64,000 nucleotides of DNA from an uncultured delta proteobacterium (GTDB lineage Bacteria > Desulfobacterota > Binatia > UBA9968), in NCBI GenBank assembly GCA_963755715.1, contig CAVWLW010000002.1, forward strand, positions 39,345 through 103,344, written 5' to 3'. The translations under genes and the position numbers were made by a program. Shown in pieces: positions 42,682 through 53,179 of the stretch. Position 1 is the stretch's first letter. Each line of letters opens with the position of its first letter. The notes beneath the pieces were generated by a model that worked only from the letters and a program-made list of their open reading frames with translations, had not been told where the DNA came from and searched no databases.

Positions 42682-43557
42682 CTACCGCTTTTTCGATCTC
42701 GGTCCAAACGGTTCCGGTTGAAACGGGCCGTCGCGCATTTGCAAATAAGCTTTCGTCCCCTGCGTCGCACGCGTTTCGTCGAGAGGGCGGCGAAATTCTT
42801 CGTTGAGCATCATGTGCGCGGGGATCGACAGGGTTTCATCCATGCGCAGGGCGTCGCGCAGGCCCATCATCTGCAATCCCATGGTAGAAATCTGCAGATT
42901 GATCTTCACGGTCTCGGGCGGCACATGGGCGATGCGCTCGACGATCTGAAAACATTCCTCGAGCAGTTGATCGACCGGGACAACTTTGTTGACCAAGCCG
43001 ATGCGGAGCGCCTCTTGAGCGTCGACGTGATCGCCGACCAAGCCGTAGCGCAGGGCGTTTTTAAAGCCTGCGAGGAGCGTCCACATGAACGTCGTGTTGG
43101 AACCGTGGCGCACTTCGGGCTGCGCGAAGACGGCGTCTTCGGCGGCAATGGTGATATGCGTGTAAAGCGCGAGCCAGCAACCGCCGCCCATCGCCCAACC
43201 GCGCACGGCGCCGATAACCGGTTTGGTCATTTCGAAGATGCGAATCAGCTTGACGTCGTCGGCGCTCCAGTAATTCATCAGGTCCGCGGCGCTCATGCCG
43301 GTTTGAATGCCATAGGGCCAGTTGATATCGCGGCGCCGACCGCTGGTTGTCGCCTGATCGAATCCGGAGCTGAAAGCGCGTCCGGCGCCGGTGATGACGA
43401 TGGCGCGGATCTCCGGATCAGCTTCGGCTTGATCGAGCGCGTGATGGATCTCCTTCAACATCGGCCGGGTGATCGCGTTCAAGGCTTCAGGGCGATTCAG
43501 CGTGAGCAGCACACCGCCGCGTTGTTTGTCATAGAGAATTTCTTTGTAGTCCGGCAT
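42682..43557 (-). CDS. Crotonase/enoyl-CoA hydratase family protein
   Basis: Intact; LTLNRPEALNAI, GRAFSSGFD, QPEVRHG. Its stop codon lies in the GTAG REP at 42663-42685. Confidence 0.9.
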   Translation of the reverse strand: MPDYKEILYDKQRGGVLLTLNRPEALNAITRPMLKEIHHALDQAEADPEIRAIVITGAGRAFSSGFDQATTSGRRRDINWPYGIQTGMSAADLMNYWSADDVKLIRIFEMTKPVIGAVRGWAMGGGCWLALYTHITIAAEDAVFAQPEVRHGSNTTFMWTLLAGFKNALRYGLVGDHVDAQEALRIGLVNKVVPVDQLLEECFQIVERIAHVPPETVKINLQISTMGLQMMGLRDALRMDETLSIPAHMMLNEEFRRPLDETRATQGTKAYLQMRDGPFQPEPFGPRSKKR

Positions 43558-43668
43558 TAGGGCTCCTTAGCGAAGGCTATTCAAGCCGTTCGAATCGTCA
43601 GATCGCTTACAATAAACGGTTTGAACTTATTGAACGTGTTGAACGGCTGGAACGAGTTCCCACCGTTT

Positions 43669-44703
43669 TCATCGATACTCCGTCTCGTAGAGATGTTTGA
43701 TGAAACCGCTGGCCTCAACTTCTTTTACGATGCTTTCGTCAACGAACTGTTTGACATCAGCGCCGCGCGCCTTCGGTTCGGTTGCGGCGATGAATTCGAG
43801 AGAAGTTTCTACCGCCTTGGGTGTAGCATAGAGCGTGGGGTTGTAATATTTCGTCGCCAAAAGATTGTAGGACGCTTCAAGATATTTGATGTCTTTTTCC
43901 TGGGCCGACTGAATGCGCAGCTTTTTTTGCAACACTTCGAGACTCTCTTTCTTGTATTTTTTGAAATAAGCAACGCCTTCGATCAAACCTTTGGCGAAGC
44001 GGATGGCCTGGGCGCGATTGGCTTTTAGATAACTACGCGTGGTGTCGACGGAGTTTTGCAAGTAATAAATATCCATCTCGGCGGGGTCGGCGAGGGTGCG
44101 AAAACCTTTCTCCTCTGCGACGAAGAACGACGGCATCGTCAAAACCGCGGCTTCACAGCCGCCTTTTTCCAAGTTGGCAAACATCGCCGGTGAAGCCTCG
44201 AGTTGGATGAGCTGAAAATCTTCCGGGCGCATGCCCCATTTTTTGACGAAGAGTTGGAAAGCCCAATGGCCGGCGGAACCGAAGCGAGTGATCGCGACGC
44301 GCTTGCCTTTGAGCTCAGCCGGCGTTCGTATTTCGGGACGCGAGATCAAGCGCTGCAATCCCCGGTTCATCGGCGAGAACGCCAGCACGGTGTCGGCGCC
44401 GCGCAGAGCGGCGCGGATCACGGCGTCGCCGCCGCCAACGGAAAACTGAATTTCACCCGAAAGCAAAGCGCTCACGACCCGCGCCGCGCCGCCGCCAATG
44501 AAAATCAATTCGACGTTGACGCCGTGCTTTTTGAAGAGCCCCTTTTCCTCGGCAACCCAGATGCTGCCGGAAGTCGCGCTGATGGAGCTCAAGCCGACGC
44601 GGATTCGCTCTTGCGCGGCGCCGAATCGAACCCCCGCGAAAGCACTGACCATAATCGCCATGCACAGAATTAAAAGTGAACCCACCACGAACCTCCAACG
44701 CAA
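43669..44703 (-). CDS. NitT/TauT ABC substrate-binding protein
   Basis: SIWVAEEKGLFKKHG, ELKGKRVAITRFGS. Close paralog of 47714-48718. Confidence 0.85.
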   Translation of the reverse strand: MRWRFVVGSLLILCMAIMVSAFAGVRFGAAQERIRVGLSSISATSGSIWVAEEKGLFKKHGVNVELIFIGGGAARVVSALLSGEIQFSVGGGDAVIRAALRGADTVLAFSPMNRGLQRLISRPEIRTPAELKGKRVAITRFGSAGHWAFQLFVKKWGMRPEDFQLIQLEASPAMFANLEKGGCEAAVLTMPSFFVAEEKGFRTLADPAEMDIYYLQNSVDTTRSYLKANRAQAIRFAKGLIEGVAYFKKYKKESLEVLQKKLRIQSAQEKDIKYLEASYNLLATKYYNPTLYATPKAVETSLEFIAATEPKARGADVKQFVDESIVKEVEASGFIKHLYETEYR

Positions 44704-44797
44704 AGAAAGCTTCGATTCTTCTTACTATTAGAAAGCGAGGTTAGGCGTCAAGCACATGGCGTGAAAAAGACCAAACGGGGCAATGAGTCTGACGCCG

Positions 44798-45845
44798 CTA
44801 TTTCCAAACACTATCGAGAAAGCCGCTCTGCTTCAGTTCCGCGACGTAACTATTGTCGAAGTAAGCGCTGGTCGGGGTCGATTGCGCGGATTTGGCGTCG
44901 ATCATATTGACTTGAACCATGCGCTGTACCATCGATTGCATCGTGCTTTCCGGCACGAAAGGCTCGCGCACAAAAGTCTCGCCGATGTACTGATAGCTCT
45001 GGCGCTGAAGATCCGGATCGGTAATCCCAAGATATTTGGCGATCGCGCGCTTGGTAAAATCTTCGTTGCTCATGGCAAACTTCGTGGCCTCGACCGTCGA
45101 TTTGATCAAGCGGACAACGATATCGCGATGCGTCGCGCCGAAGGACTTGCGCGCGACGATCCCTTGAGTCAGAAAACCGCTGCCCAAAGCGCGGAGATCT
45201 TTGGGCGCAGCCAGTTCGCGAAAACCTTCTTTGATCATGCGAAAGCTGTGAGGCGGCGATAAAACCGCGCCGTCGATCGCGCCGCGCGCCAGTCCCGCGA
45301 CCGCTTCCGGGAAAGCCGCCCATTTGCAGGATGTTTACGTCCTTGATGTTGTGGCGTTCGAGGAGCGTCCTGATCGCGAAGTCGGTGACCGATCCAAAGC
45401 GCGTAATGCCGATCTTTTTTCCTTGCAAGCCCTTGAGATCGCGGATGTCGGAGCGCACGACCACGGACTGAGTAAAATAAGGCGCCATGGCGGCGACTTG
45501 AATGATATCGCCGCCGCGAAGCACGTTGGTGATGACCGCCGGACCGCCGAAGCCGGCAATATTGGCGGAGCCGGACAGCATCGACTGAACGATCACTGCG
45601 GAGGCGCCGATGTACACCATGTCGACGTCGAGGCCGTTTTTCTCGAATATGCGTGTTTGTTTTGCGATCACCCAGGGGAGGCTGTTGAGTCCCAATGGCC
45701 CGTAAGGGAATGCCACTTTGGTTAGCTCTTGAGAAAAGGATGGGGAGGGAATCAACAATAGAAGGAAAAAAGCGAGGGAGCGGAGAAACGGACCATGAAC
45801 GTGATCCGAAGCTAGCTCAAAGAATCGTCTTATCCGTGTCTCCAT
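44798..45845 (-). CDS. NitT/TauT ABC substrate-binding protein; frameshift near 45310
   Basis: LPWVIAKQTRIFEKNGL, LQGKKIGITRFGS; C-terminal half in ORF 44798-45238. Confidence 0.8.
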
Positions 45846-46009
45846 GGTGTATTGATGACATAACGCGAGAAACAGTTTTCGGTCAAGCCATCCTTGATAA
45901 GTCGCGGAGGATAGCGCGGCCAGCCGTTGCTCCCTTGCGACAAACGGACGGTTGGTTTATGCAAGAAATGATTCGACAAACAGTTTACAAGCGCAACGAG
46001 GAAACGTGT

Positions 46010-46816
46010 ATGCCCAAGGTCAAACTGAACGACGTTGAAATTTATTACGAAGAGCACGGCCAAGGCCGGCCGATGGTGTTTCTCAGCGAAACTGCGTGCG
46101 ACGGCGAGGTCTGGAAAATCAATCAGGTCGGAGAGTTTTCCAGGGACCACCGCGTGATCATTCACGACTATCGCGGCACCGGGCAATCGAGCAAACCTTC
46201 GACCGACTACACGACACGGATGTTTGCCGAAGACGTGGTTGCGTTGATGGACCATCTCGGTGCCGAAGACGCGATTATTGTCGGCCATTCGATGGGGGGA
46301 AGAGTCGCGCAATTCCTCGCTCTCGATTATCCGAAGAAGGTCCATAGGCTGATCTTGGCTTCCACCGGCGCCCATTATCCCCAGACCAAAGGATTGCCGC
46401 TGAAGATCTGCAAGGAAATGATCGAGTGGGGCTATGAAAAGTACGAACGGGAACACACGATCCTGGTCGGTTGGACCGAGGAGTACGTTAAAAACAATCC
46501 GGAAAAAATCGAAAAGTATTTGAAAGTTAGAATGCACAACCTCTGCCCGGTGGAGTTCTATCTCCGCCATCTGATCGCGCGCCAGGGCCACGACACCAGC
46601 GAGCGATTGAAGGACATCAAGCAGCCGACGCTGATTATCGTCGGCGACGGCGACCGCAACATGACCAGCGAAATCAATCACCGAATGTCGTCCGAGATCC
46701 TGGCCAAGGGCATTCCCAATTCCAAGCTCGTGGTGTTGTCCAACGAGCGCCATAGCTATTTTTTTTCGAATCCCGACGAAGCACATCGGATAATTCGTGA
46801 GTTCATCAAAGACTAG
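46010..46816 (+). CDS. Alpha/beta hydrolase (PcaD/RutD-like)
   Basis: IYYEEHG.G.P, D.RG.G.S, GHSMGG nucleophile elbow. Confidence 0.85.
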   Translation: MPKVKLNDVEIYYEEHGQGRPMVFLSETACDGEVWKINQVGEFSRDHRVIIHDYRGTGQSSKPSTDYTTRMFAEDVVALMDHLGAEDAIIVGHSMGGRVAQFLALDYPKKVHRLILASTGAHYPQTKGLPLKICKEMIEWGYEKYEREHTILVGWTEEYVKNNPEKIEKYLKVRMHNLCPVEFYLRHLIARQGHDTSERLKDIKQPTLIIVGDGDRNMTSEINHRMSSEILAKGIPNSKLVVLSNERHSYFFSNPDEAHRIIREFIKD

Positions 46817-46885
46817 TGTCGTGTCCAGAAGTTGACGAGAAAGAGCCAACGACTTGTTCAACAAACTTCTGGGTCAGGACACAAG
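46813..46885. mobile_element. Short MITE-like inverted repeat
   Basis: CTAGTGTCGTGTCCAGAAGTT ... AACTTCTGGGTCAGGACACAAG imperfect terminal IR between two hydrolase paralogs; overlaps the TAG stop. Confidence 0.5.
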
Positions 46886-46900
46886 AACCTGGAGGGCGCG

Positions 46901-47708
46901 ATGCCGACGATACGAGTCAACGAAGTTGAAATCTATTATGAAGTGCACGGCGAGGGCCAGCCGTTTATCTTTTTTAGCGAGACAGCGTGCGACGGTGAGA
47001 TTTGGAAACTTTATCAGGTCCCCGAGTTCTCTAAAGATCACAGGGTGATCACCCATGACTATCGCGGCACCGGAAAGTCGAGCAAGCCCTCGATCGATTA
47101 CACGACCCGGATGTTTTGCGACGATGCGATGGCAATCCTGGATCATTTACAAGTCGACCAGGCAATTGTGCTAGGCCATTCCATGGGCGGGCGGGTAGCG
47201 CAACTGCTTGCGTTGGCATACCCGGAACGGGTCAAAAAACTCATTCTTGCGTCGACCGGCGCATCGTTTCCCGGCGCGACGGGTTTACCGCTCGCGATGT
47301 GCAAGGAAATGATCGAATGGGGTTACGAGAAATACGTCAAAGAACATACGATTCAAGTAGGGCTTTACCGACGAATTTGTCAAAGAGCATCCCGACCGTT
47401 TGGAAGCGTTCTTCCGCGTCCGGCTTGGTAATCTTTGTCCGGTGGAATTTTACTTGCGCCATGTTTTAGCGCGCCAAAGCCATGATACCAGCGCAAGACT
47501 AAAAGATATTCGCGTGCCGACGCTCGTCATGGTTGGTGAGCGTGAGGGCGATCCCGGCGCAGCCATGAGCCATCGCATGTCTTCCGAAATCCTCGCGCAA
47601 AATATCCCGCATGCGAAATTTGTCGTGCTGCCGAATCAAAAGCACAACTATTTCGCGAGCGATCCGGCAACGGCTCATAAAGTGATCCGCGATTTCTTAA
47701 GTGAATAG
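46901..47708 (+). CDS. Alpha/beta hydrolase paralog; frameshift near 47362
   Basis: GGAGG RBS; SETACDGE.W, GHSMGG and NLCPVEFYLRH shared with the upstream copy. Confidence 0.85.
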
Positions 47709-47713
47709 CCTCT

Positions 47714-48718
47714 CTAGCGGCCGTAAAGCGCTTTGGTGAAACCGCTATCTTCGATCTCCTTGATCAGGCTCTCATCGACGAACGAGCGGATATCTCGTTC
47801 TTTTACTTTCGGGTCCTCTTCGGCGATCTTGTCGACGATCGACTGAACGGCTTTGAGCGAGGGGTAGGGGACATCACTATAAGCGGCGGTCACGAAATTA
47901 TAAGACATCTCCATATAGCGCACGTCGCGTTCCTGGGATGATTGGATGCGCAGTTTCTTACCCATGATGTCGAGACTTTCCTTTTTGTTCTTTTTGAAAT
48001 AAGCGATCCCTTCGATGTAACCCCTCAGAAACTTAATCACCTGCTCGCGATTCTTGCGAACATAGCTGCGGGTGGTTTCCAAGGTATTCTGCAGATAGTA
48101 GATGTCCATGGTAGTGGGGTCGCCGACCACTCGATAACCTTTATCTTCGGCGAGAAAGAACGTGGGCAAGGTCAACACGGCCGCGTCGATGCCGCCTTTG
48201 TCGAGGCTGGCGAGGAGAGCCGGCGATGAGCCGACCTGGAGAATTTGCACCTGATCCGGGCGCATGTTCCATTTCTTGAGCATGAGCAGCAGCACGAGAT
48301 GCGCCGCCGAGCCGTATTGCGTGATACCGATCTTGCGACCCTTGAGATCCTGATAGGTTTTTATCTCCGGCTTGGCGAGAATTCGCTGTAGACCTTTGCT
48401 CAGCGTCGATGACGCGATAACCGTTTCGGCGCCTCTCATCTGCGAACGCACGGAGCCTTCACCGCCGCCCACGGAAAACTGAATATCGCCGGCGAGCAGC
48501 GCGCTGAGGACCCGGGCGCCACCGCCGCCGAGAAAAATGACTTCGACGTCGACGCCGTTTTTCTTGAAGAGTCCTTTTTCTTCGGCAACCCAGATGCTGC
48601 CGTTGGTTGCGCCTATGGAGCTATGGCCAAGCCTGATTTTATCTTGTGCCGCGGCGCGCGGCGGTGGACAATAGGAAACAGTTGCAAGGTAAGCAAGTAT
48701 CACAATGCGAACGTTCAT
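47714..48718 (-). CDS. NitT/TauT ABC substrate-binding protein
   Basis: SIWVAEEKGLFKKNG, DLKGRKIGIT. Confidence 0.85.
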   Translation of the reverse strand: MNVRIVILAYLATVSYCPPPRAAAQDKIRLGHSSIGATNGSIWVAEEKGLFKKNGVDVEVIFLGGGGARVLSALLAGDIQFSVGGGEGSVRSQMRGAETVIASSTLSKGLQRILAKPEIKTYQDLKGRKIGITQYGSAAHLVLLLMLKKWNMRPDQVQILQVGSSPALLASLDKGGIDAAVLTLPTFFLAEDKGYRVVGDPTTMDIYYLQNTLETTRSYVRKNREQVIKFLRGYIEGIAYFKKNKKESLDIMGKKLRIQSSQERDVRYMEMSYNFVTAAYSDVPYPSLKAVQSIVDKIAEEDPKVKERDIRSFVDESLIKEIEDSGFTKALYGR

Positions 48719-48864
48719 CAATAATATCCATCCCTCTTTCACGGAACCGAAGTTTGCACCAAAATTGAATCCAGGAGTTTCGAAGACATCTGGATGCGGT
48801 TTTCCCCGGCATGACGGCACGGTGGCTGGGGTTTACGCAACGGACCTTGGTCCGCGACTTGCGA

Positions 48865-49194
48865 TTACAGGTGAATAAACGCTCTGACCCAGTTGTTCGG
48901 CAACGCGGTGTGTCCTTGGCCTGTAAGATCTTCGGCAAGAAAGACATCGCCGGCACCGAAGGTTCTTGCGCTGCCGTCGCCGATACCGATCTCGACAGTG
49001 CCGGACAGCGTGATGCACCACTGGCGGCGCGGCGCGTTGTGCCAGCCATGCAGATCTTCACGATTCATATCGTTCTTAAAAACCAAAGTCTTGACGTCGA
49101 GACCGGTCAGAAAATGTTTCGCTCCCTGGTTTTGGTCGAAATCTTCGAAATGAGACTTGCCGTCCGCTCCGGTGTAGATTCGGCAGAATTGCAT
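48865..49194 (-). CDS. Small cupin-fold protein
   Basis: GGAGG RBS, RIYTGADGKSHFED, WHNAPRRQW, GDVFLAEDLTGQGH. Confidence 0.85.
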   Translation of the reverse strand: MQFCRIYTGADGKSHFEDFDQNQGAKHFLTGLDVKTLVFKNDMNREDLHGWHNAPRRQWCITLSGTVEIGIGDGSARTFGAGDVFLAEDLTGQGHTALPNNWVRAFIHL

Positions 49195-49276
49195 GCCACC
49201 TCCAAAGCCAAATTTTAATTATTCGCTTAGCAGCAATCGCAGGATTGTTTCAAGTCATCGCTCGTAGGATCGCGCC

Positions 49277-49436
49277 GGTAGTGGTTCAGTTAGCGCAAGA
49301 TCTCTCACGGAGTTTACCCTGAGTATTCCCGAAGGGTTCGAGATGACAGGTTAGTTGTTTGTTGTCATTCCGAGCGAAAGCGAGGAATCTTTCTTTACGG
49401 TACGGCTCGCGGAAAATTCTAACTGAACCCATTACC
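49277..49436. mobile_element. IS1-family-like MITE (160 bp) with 8-bp target-site duplication
   Basis: TIRs GGTAGTGGTTCAGTTAG / CTAACTGAACCCATTACC; flanking ATCGCGCC at 49269-49276 and 49437-49444. Confidence 0.8.
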
Positions 49437-49507
49437 ATCGCGCCGATTGCGTTGACAGCCTCGCAGCGGTCGGCTAGCTATGAGAAATATTGGTTCGCGG
49501 AGGCAAC

Positions 49508-50269
49508 ATGGCAGAATCCAATTCAGTGTCGTCCATAACGGACGCTTCATGGCAACAGACTTGGGGCAGCCAGGAATTCATCGAGCACTGGGCCAGCAAA
49601 GGCGACTGGCAGGCGCCGATTCGCGAAGCGCAGACCGCGATGGTACTGCGCATGATTCCGCAACCGGTCGAAGCGCCGATCCGAATCCTCGATATCGGTG
49701 CGGGTTACGGCGCGTTGGCGATGGCGGTTTTACACGAGCGACCGAACGCGACCGCCGTTTGTCTCGACGCGTCCGAAGCGATGTTAAACCTGGGAAAAGA
49801 GCGCAACGCCGACCTCAGGGATCGCATTAGCTTTGTTCAAGCATCGCTTGAAAGTCCGGAATGGCTCAACTTTGTCGATGGAAAGTTCGACGCCGTGATT
49901 TCGGCGCGCGCGCTGCATCATTTCACCGACAACCAACGGCGTCGTTTTATTTTCAAGGAAGTATTCGGGTTGTTACGTCAAGGCGGCTGTTTTATCAACG
50001 CCGACAACGTGCGCGCACCGACAAAAGAATTGACTGAACGATATCGGAAAGCTAGGAATGAATACCTCGACTATTTCATCAGACGGTCGACTCATGGCAA
50101 AACCAATTTGGCGGAGGTGCGCGCGGCAACGCCGAGCACCTATCACGGGCCGCATAACAACGGCTATCTCGACGAGGAGCTTGCCTGGCTCAGTCAAGCT
50201 GGGTTTGTCGACGTGGATTGTTTCTGGAAGTTTGCCACGACCGTGGTGTACGGCGGATTTAAATCGTAG
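49508..50269 (+). CDS. Class I SAM-dependent methyltransferase (CmoA-like)
   Basis: ILDIGAGYG, FDAVISARALHH, AGFVDVDCFWK. Confidence 0.85.
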   Translation: MAESNSVSSITDASWQQTWGSQEFIEHWASKGDWQAPIREAQTAMVLRMIPQPVEAPIRILDIGAGYGALAMAVLHERPNATAVCLDASEAMLNLGKERNADLRDRISFVQASLESPEWLNFVDGKFDAVISARALHHFTDNQRRRFIFKEVFGLLRQGGCFINADNVRAPTKELTERYRKARNEYLDYFIRRSTHGKTNLAEVRAATPSTYHGPHNNGYLDEELAWLSQAGFVDVDCFWKFATTVVYGGFKS

Positions 50270-50322
50270 GCGCGATGCAAAACGTTCAAGACCGTTCATA
50301 TCATCGAAACATTTGCAGCGGT

Positions 50323-51075
50323 TTATTCTCGCACCGCTTTGAAACGGAGGCGCACGTAATCGGCAAGCCAAGCGCCGTCCGGCCGTTGCAGTATTGGCGC
50401 CAATTCATTGCGAACTTCCTCGAGATATTTTCCCCGCTCCGTCTCGACGAGCGCTTTGAAAAACGGTTGAGCAAAAACTTCCAGCCAGGCAAGAATATCG
50501 CCGGGAAGCTTGGTCGGCCGCGGGATTAGCTCGATGGACTCGACCGTGAAAGCGAACTTGTTCAGCAACCGCGTGTATTCATCAGGCGACGGATAGTACC
50601 AAGGGTCAACTGTCCATGGATCGATACCGCGCTTGTCGAGCGCGGCGTGGAGCGCCGCGCGAATAATTTCGACGTTGCCTTTGCCACCGAACTCGCCGAC
50701 GAAACGGCCGCCCGGCTTCAAGCAATTCGCCACGCCTTCAATAACTTTTTCGGGCTCCCTCATCCAATGCAGCGCGGCATTGGTAAACACGGCGTCGAAA
50801 CGCGGCTTGAAGCTGAGCCGTTGCCCGTCCATCACCGCCACGAGCAGGCCGCTTTGCTGCGCCGCCAGGACTTGAGCCGCGCTGGCATCGACGCCGATCA
50901 CGAAGCTGCCGAGAGCAGCGATTTTCTCGGTCAAAGCGCCATCGCCGCAGCCAAGATCCAAGATCCGCTCGTTCGCGCGCGGATCGAGCAGCTGCAACAA
51001 GGGCTCGCCCAGATCCGAGACGAAGCGCGCGTTTTGAGAATAGGTTTGCGGATTCCACGAGGTCGATGAGCTCAT
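50323..51075 (-). CDS. Class I SAM-dependent methyltransferase (Tam-like)
   Basis: W....Y, ILDLGCGDG, FDAVFTNAALHW, ADYVRLRF. Confidence 0.85.
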   Translation of the reverse strand: MSSSTSWNPQTYSQNARFVSDLGEPLLQLLDPRANERILDLGCGDGALTEKIAALGSFVIGVDASAAQVLAAQQSGLLVAVMDGQRLSFKPRFDAVFTNAALHWMREPEKVIEGVANCLKPGGRFVGEFGGKGNVEIIRAALHAALDKRGIDPWTVDPWYYPSPDEYTRLLNKFAFTVESIELIPRPTKLPGDILAWLEVFAQPFFKALVETERGKYLEEVRNELAPILQRPDGAWLADYVRLRFKAVRE

Positions 51076-51143
51076 ACATCGGCAAGTTAACATTTCGCTG
51101 TTGTCTTGCAAAAGCGCGAATTCTCCGTACCCTGGAATACTTT

Positions 51144-52340
51144 ATGGCAACGACAGATTCGGATTTGTCATCCTTGCGGATCGATCGCTCGTCGCGCGGC
51201 GAGCAATCGTCGCGCCAGCGACGATCCGGCGGTCGGTGGATCGTTTGGACGATTGTCATCGTGGTTTTCCTCGCAGGCGCGCTCCTACTGAAAAACTGGT
51301 TCAGCTCCGGCGTCGAGGTGCAGCTCGCCACTGCGACGTTGACGTCTCCGTCTCAGGCCAATGCCGTTTTGACGGCGAGCGGTTACGTGGTCGCGCGGCG
51401 CAAAGCCGCGGTGGCGTCCAAGGGAACCGGCACCTTGGTGTTTCTCGCCGTGGACGAAGGCGATCGCGTTAAGAAGGGACAGCTCATTGCTCGCCTGGAC
51501 GATTCCGACGTGGCGGCGAGTCTGCGGCGCGCGCGGGAAAATTTACGCGTCGCCGAAGCCGATCTCGATGATGCCAAGATAAACTTCGAGCGCATGCAGA
51601 AATTGGTCGGCACGCGCGCCATCGCGCAGGCCAATTATGACGCCGCTGACGCGCGCTACAAACGGGTGCTGGCCACCATCGAGGCGGCGAAGTTCGCCGT
51701 GCAAGAAGCGGAGGTCGCGGTGGAAAACACGCGCATCATCGCGCCGTTCGACGGCACGGTCTTGAAGAAGAATGCCGACGTCGGCGAAATCGTCGCGCCG
51801 CTGGCCGGCGCCGTAAGCTCGAGGGCGGCGGTGGTCACCATCGCCGATATGTCATCGTTGGAAGTCGATGCCGACGTTTCGGAGGCGAATATCACGCGCG
51901 TCAGCGCGAACCAGAATTGTGAAATCACCTTGGATGCCTATCCGCAGCAGCGTTATCCCGGCTACGTCAGCAATATCGTGCCCACCGCGGACCGGGCCAA
52001 GGCGACGGTGATGGTGAAAATTAGATTCAAGCAATACGACCAGCGGGTGCTGCCGGAGATGGGCGCGAAGATTACCTTTCTCGTTGCCGGTGCCAGCGCC
52101 GACGCCACCAACGTGAAGCCGGTACTGACCGTGCCGGCCGCCGCGGTGGCGACGCGCGACGGCCGCCAGGTCGTCTTTCAAATCAAAGAGGACCGGGCGG
52201 TGGAGGTACCCGTGACTACGGGGCGAAAGCTGGGAAACGCGATCGAGATCACCGGCGGGCTGAAAGAAGGCGATAAGGTGATCAGCAAAGCCGACGAGCA
52301 GATCCAGGCCGGCACGAAAGTGACTCTCGGTAAAAAATAA
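51144..52340 (+). CDS. MacA-like periplasmic adaptor (membrane fusion protein)
   Basis: N-terminal TM, V.EGD.VKKGQ.IARLD, I.APFDG.V. Confidence 0.9.
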   Translation: MATTDSDLSSLRIDRSSRGEQSSRQRRSGGRWIVWTIVIVVFLAGALLLKNWFSSGVEVQLATATLTSPSQANAVLTASGYVVARRKAAVASKGTGTLVFLAVDEGDRVKKGQLIARLDDSDVAASLRRARENLRVAEADLDDAKINFERMQKLVGTRAIAQANYDAADARYKRVLATIEAAKFAVQEAEVAVENTRIIAPFDGTVLKKNADVGEIVAPLAGAVSSRAAVVTIADMSSLEVDADVSEANITRVSANQNCEITLDAYPQQRYPGYVSNIVPTADRAKATVMVKIRFKQYDQRVLPEMGAKITFLVAGASADATNVKPVLTVPAAAVATRDGRQVVFQIKEDRAVEVPVTTGRKLGNAIEITGGLKEGDKVISKADEQIQAGTKVTLGKK

Positions 52341-52353
52341 ACATGAGCGGCTG

Positions 52354-53031
52354 ATGGAAACTCTCATTCAAGTCGAGGAGCTGTACAAGTCCTATCGACG
52401 CGACAGCCTGGAAATACCGGTCTTGCAAAATATCAATCTGGAGATTGCTCAAGGTGAATTTATCGCGTTCATGGGGCCATCCGGCTCGGGCAAGACGACG
52501 CTGCTCAATCTCATCGCCGGCATCGATAAACCGACGTCGGGAAGAATTGTGATCGGCGGCGTCGATGTCGCCGAATTGAACGAGACCGAGCTCGCGGTCT
52601 GGCGCTCGCGCAACGTCGGTTTTATTTTTCAGTTTTATAATCTCATTCCCGTGCTGACCGCCTTGGAGAATGTCGAGCTGCCGCTGATCCTGACTCCTTT
52701 GCCGAAAAAAGAGCGGCGCGCTCACGCCGAAACAGCTCTGAGCGTGGTCGGATTGGCCGAGCGCATGGACCATTACCCGCGCCAGCTTTCCGGCGGCCAG
52801 GAGCAGCGGGTCGCCATCGCGCGCGCGATCGCGACCGATCCAGCGATCCTCGTCGCCGACGAGCCCACGGGCGATCTCGACAAGACATCGGCGGAAGAAG
52901 TGCTCGGTCTGATGGACCGGCTCAATCGCGAGCTCAACAAGACGATCCTCATGGTGACGCACGATCCGCGCGCGGCCGAGCGGGCGCGTGTGGTGCGTCA
53001 CTTGGAAAAGGGCGAGCTCGCAACCGGCTGA
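52354..53031 (+). CDS. ABC transporter ATP-binding protein (LolD/MacB-type)
   Basis: [33 protein letters not shown]. Confidence 0.95.
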   Translation: METLIQVEELYKSYRRDSLEIPVLQNINLEIAQGEFIAFMGPSGSGKTTLLNLIAGIDKPTSGRIVIGGVDVAELNETELAVWRSRNVGFIFQFYNLIPVLTALENVELPLILTPLPKKERRAHAETALSVVGLAERMDHYPRQLSGGQEQRVAIARAIATDPAILVADEPTGDLDKTSAEEVLGLMDRLNRELNKTILMVTHDPRAAERARVVRHLEKGELATG

Positions 53032-53148
53032 AAAAGACTCATAGGCTTCGTTGCGCTCGATCGCTACTCGTCAACGTACCGCGGCAGTACGCCTCCTCGC
53101 ATCGATCCTTCGCGCGCCTCGCCTCTGAGATCTTTTTGAGCCGGTTGC
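53020..53148. mobile_element. MITE-like element
   Basis: TIR GCAACCGGCTGAAAAAGA / TCTTTTTGAGCCGGTTGC, central CGTAC..GTACG. Contains the ATPase stop codon. Confidence 0.7.
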
Positions 53149-53179
53149 AATTGCTTACGTTCAATCTCTAAGTAGAGTC

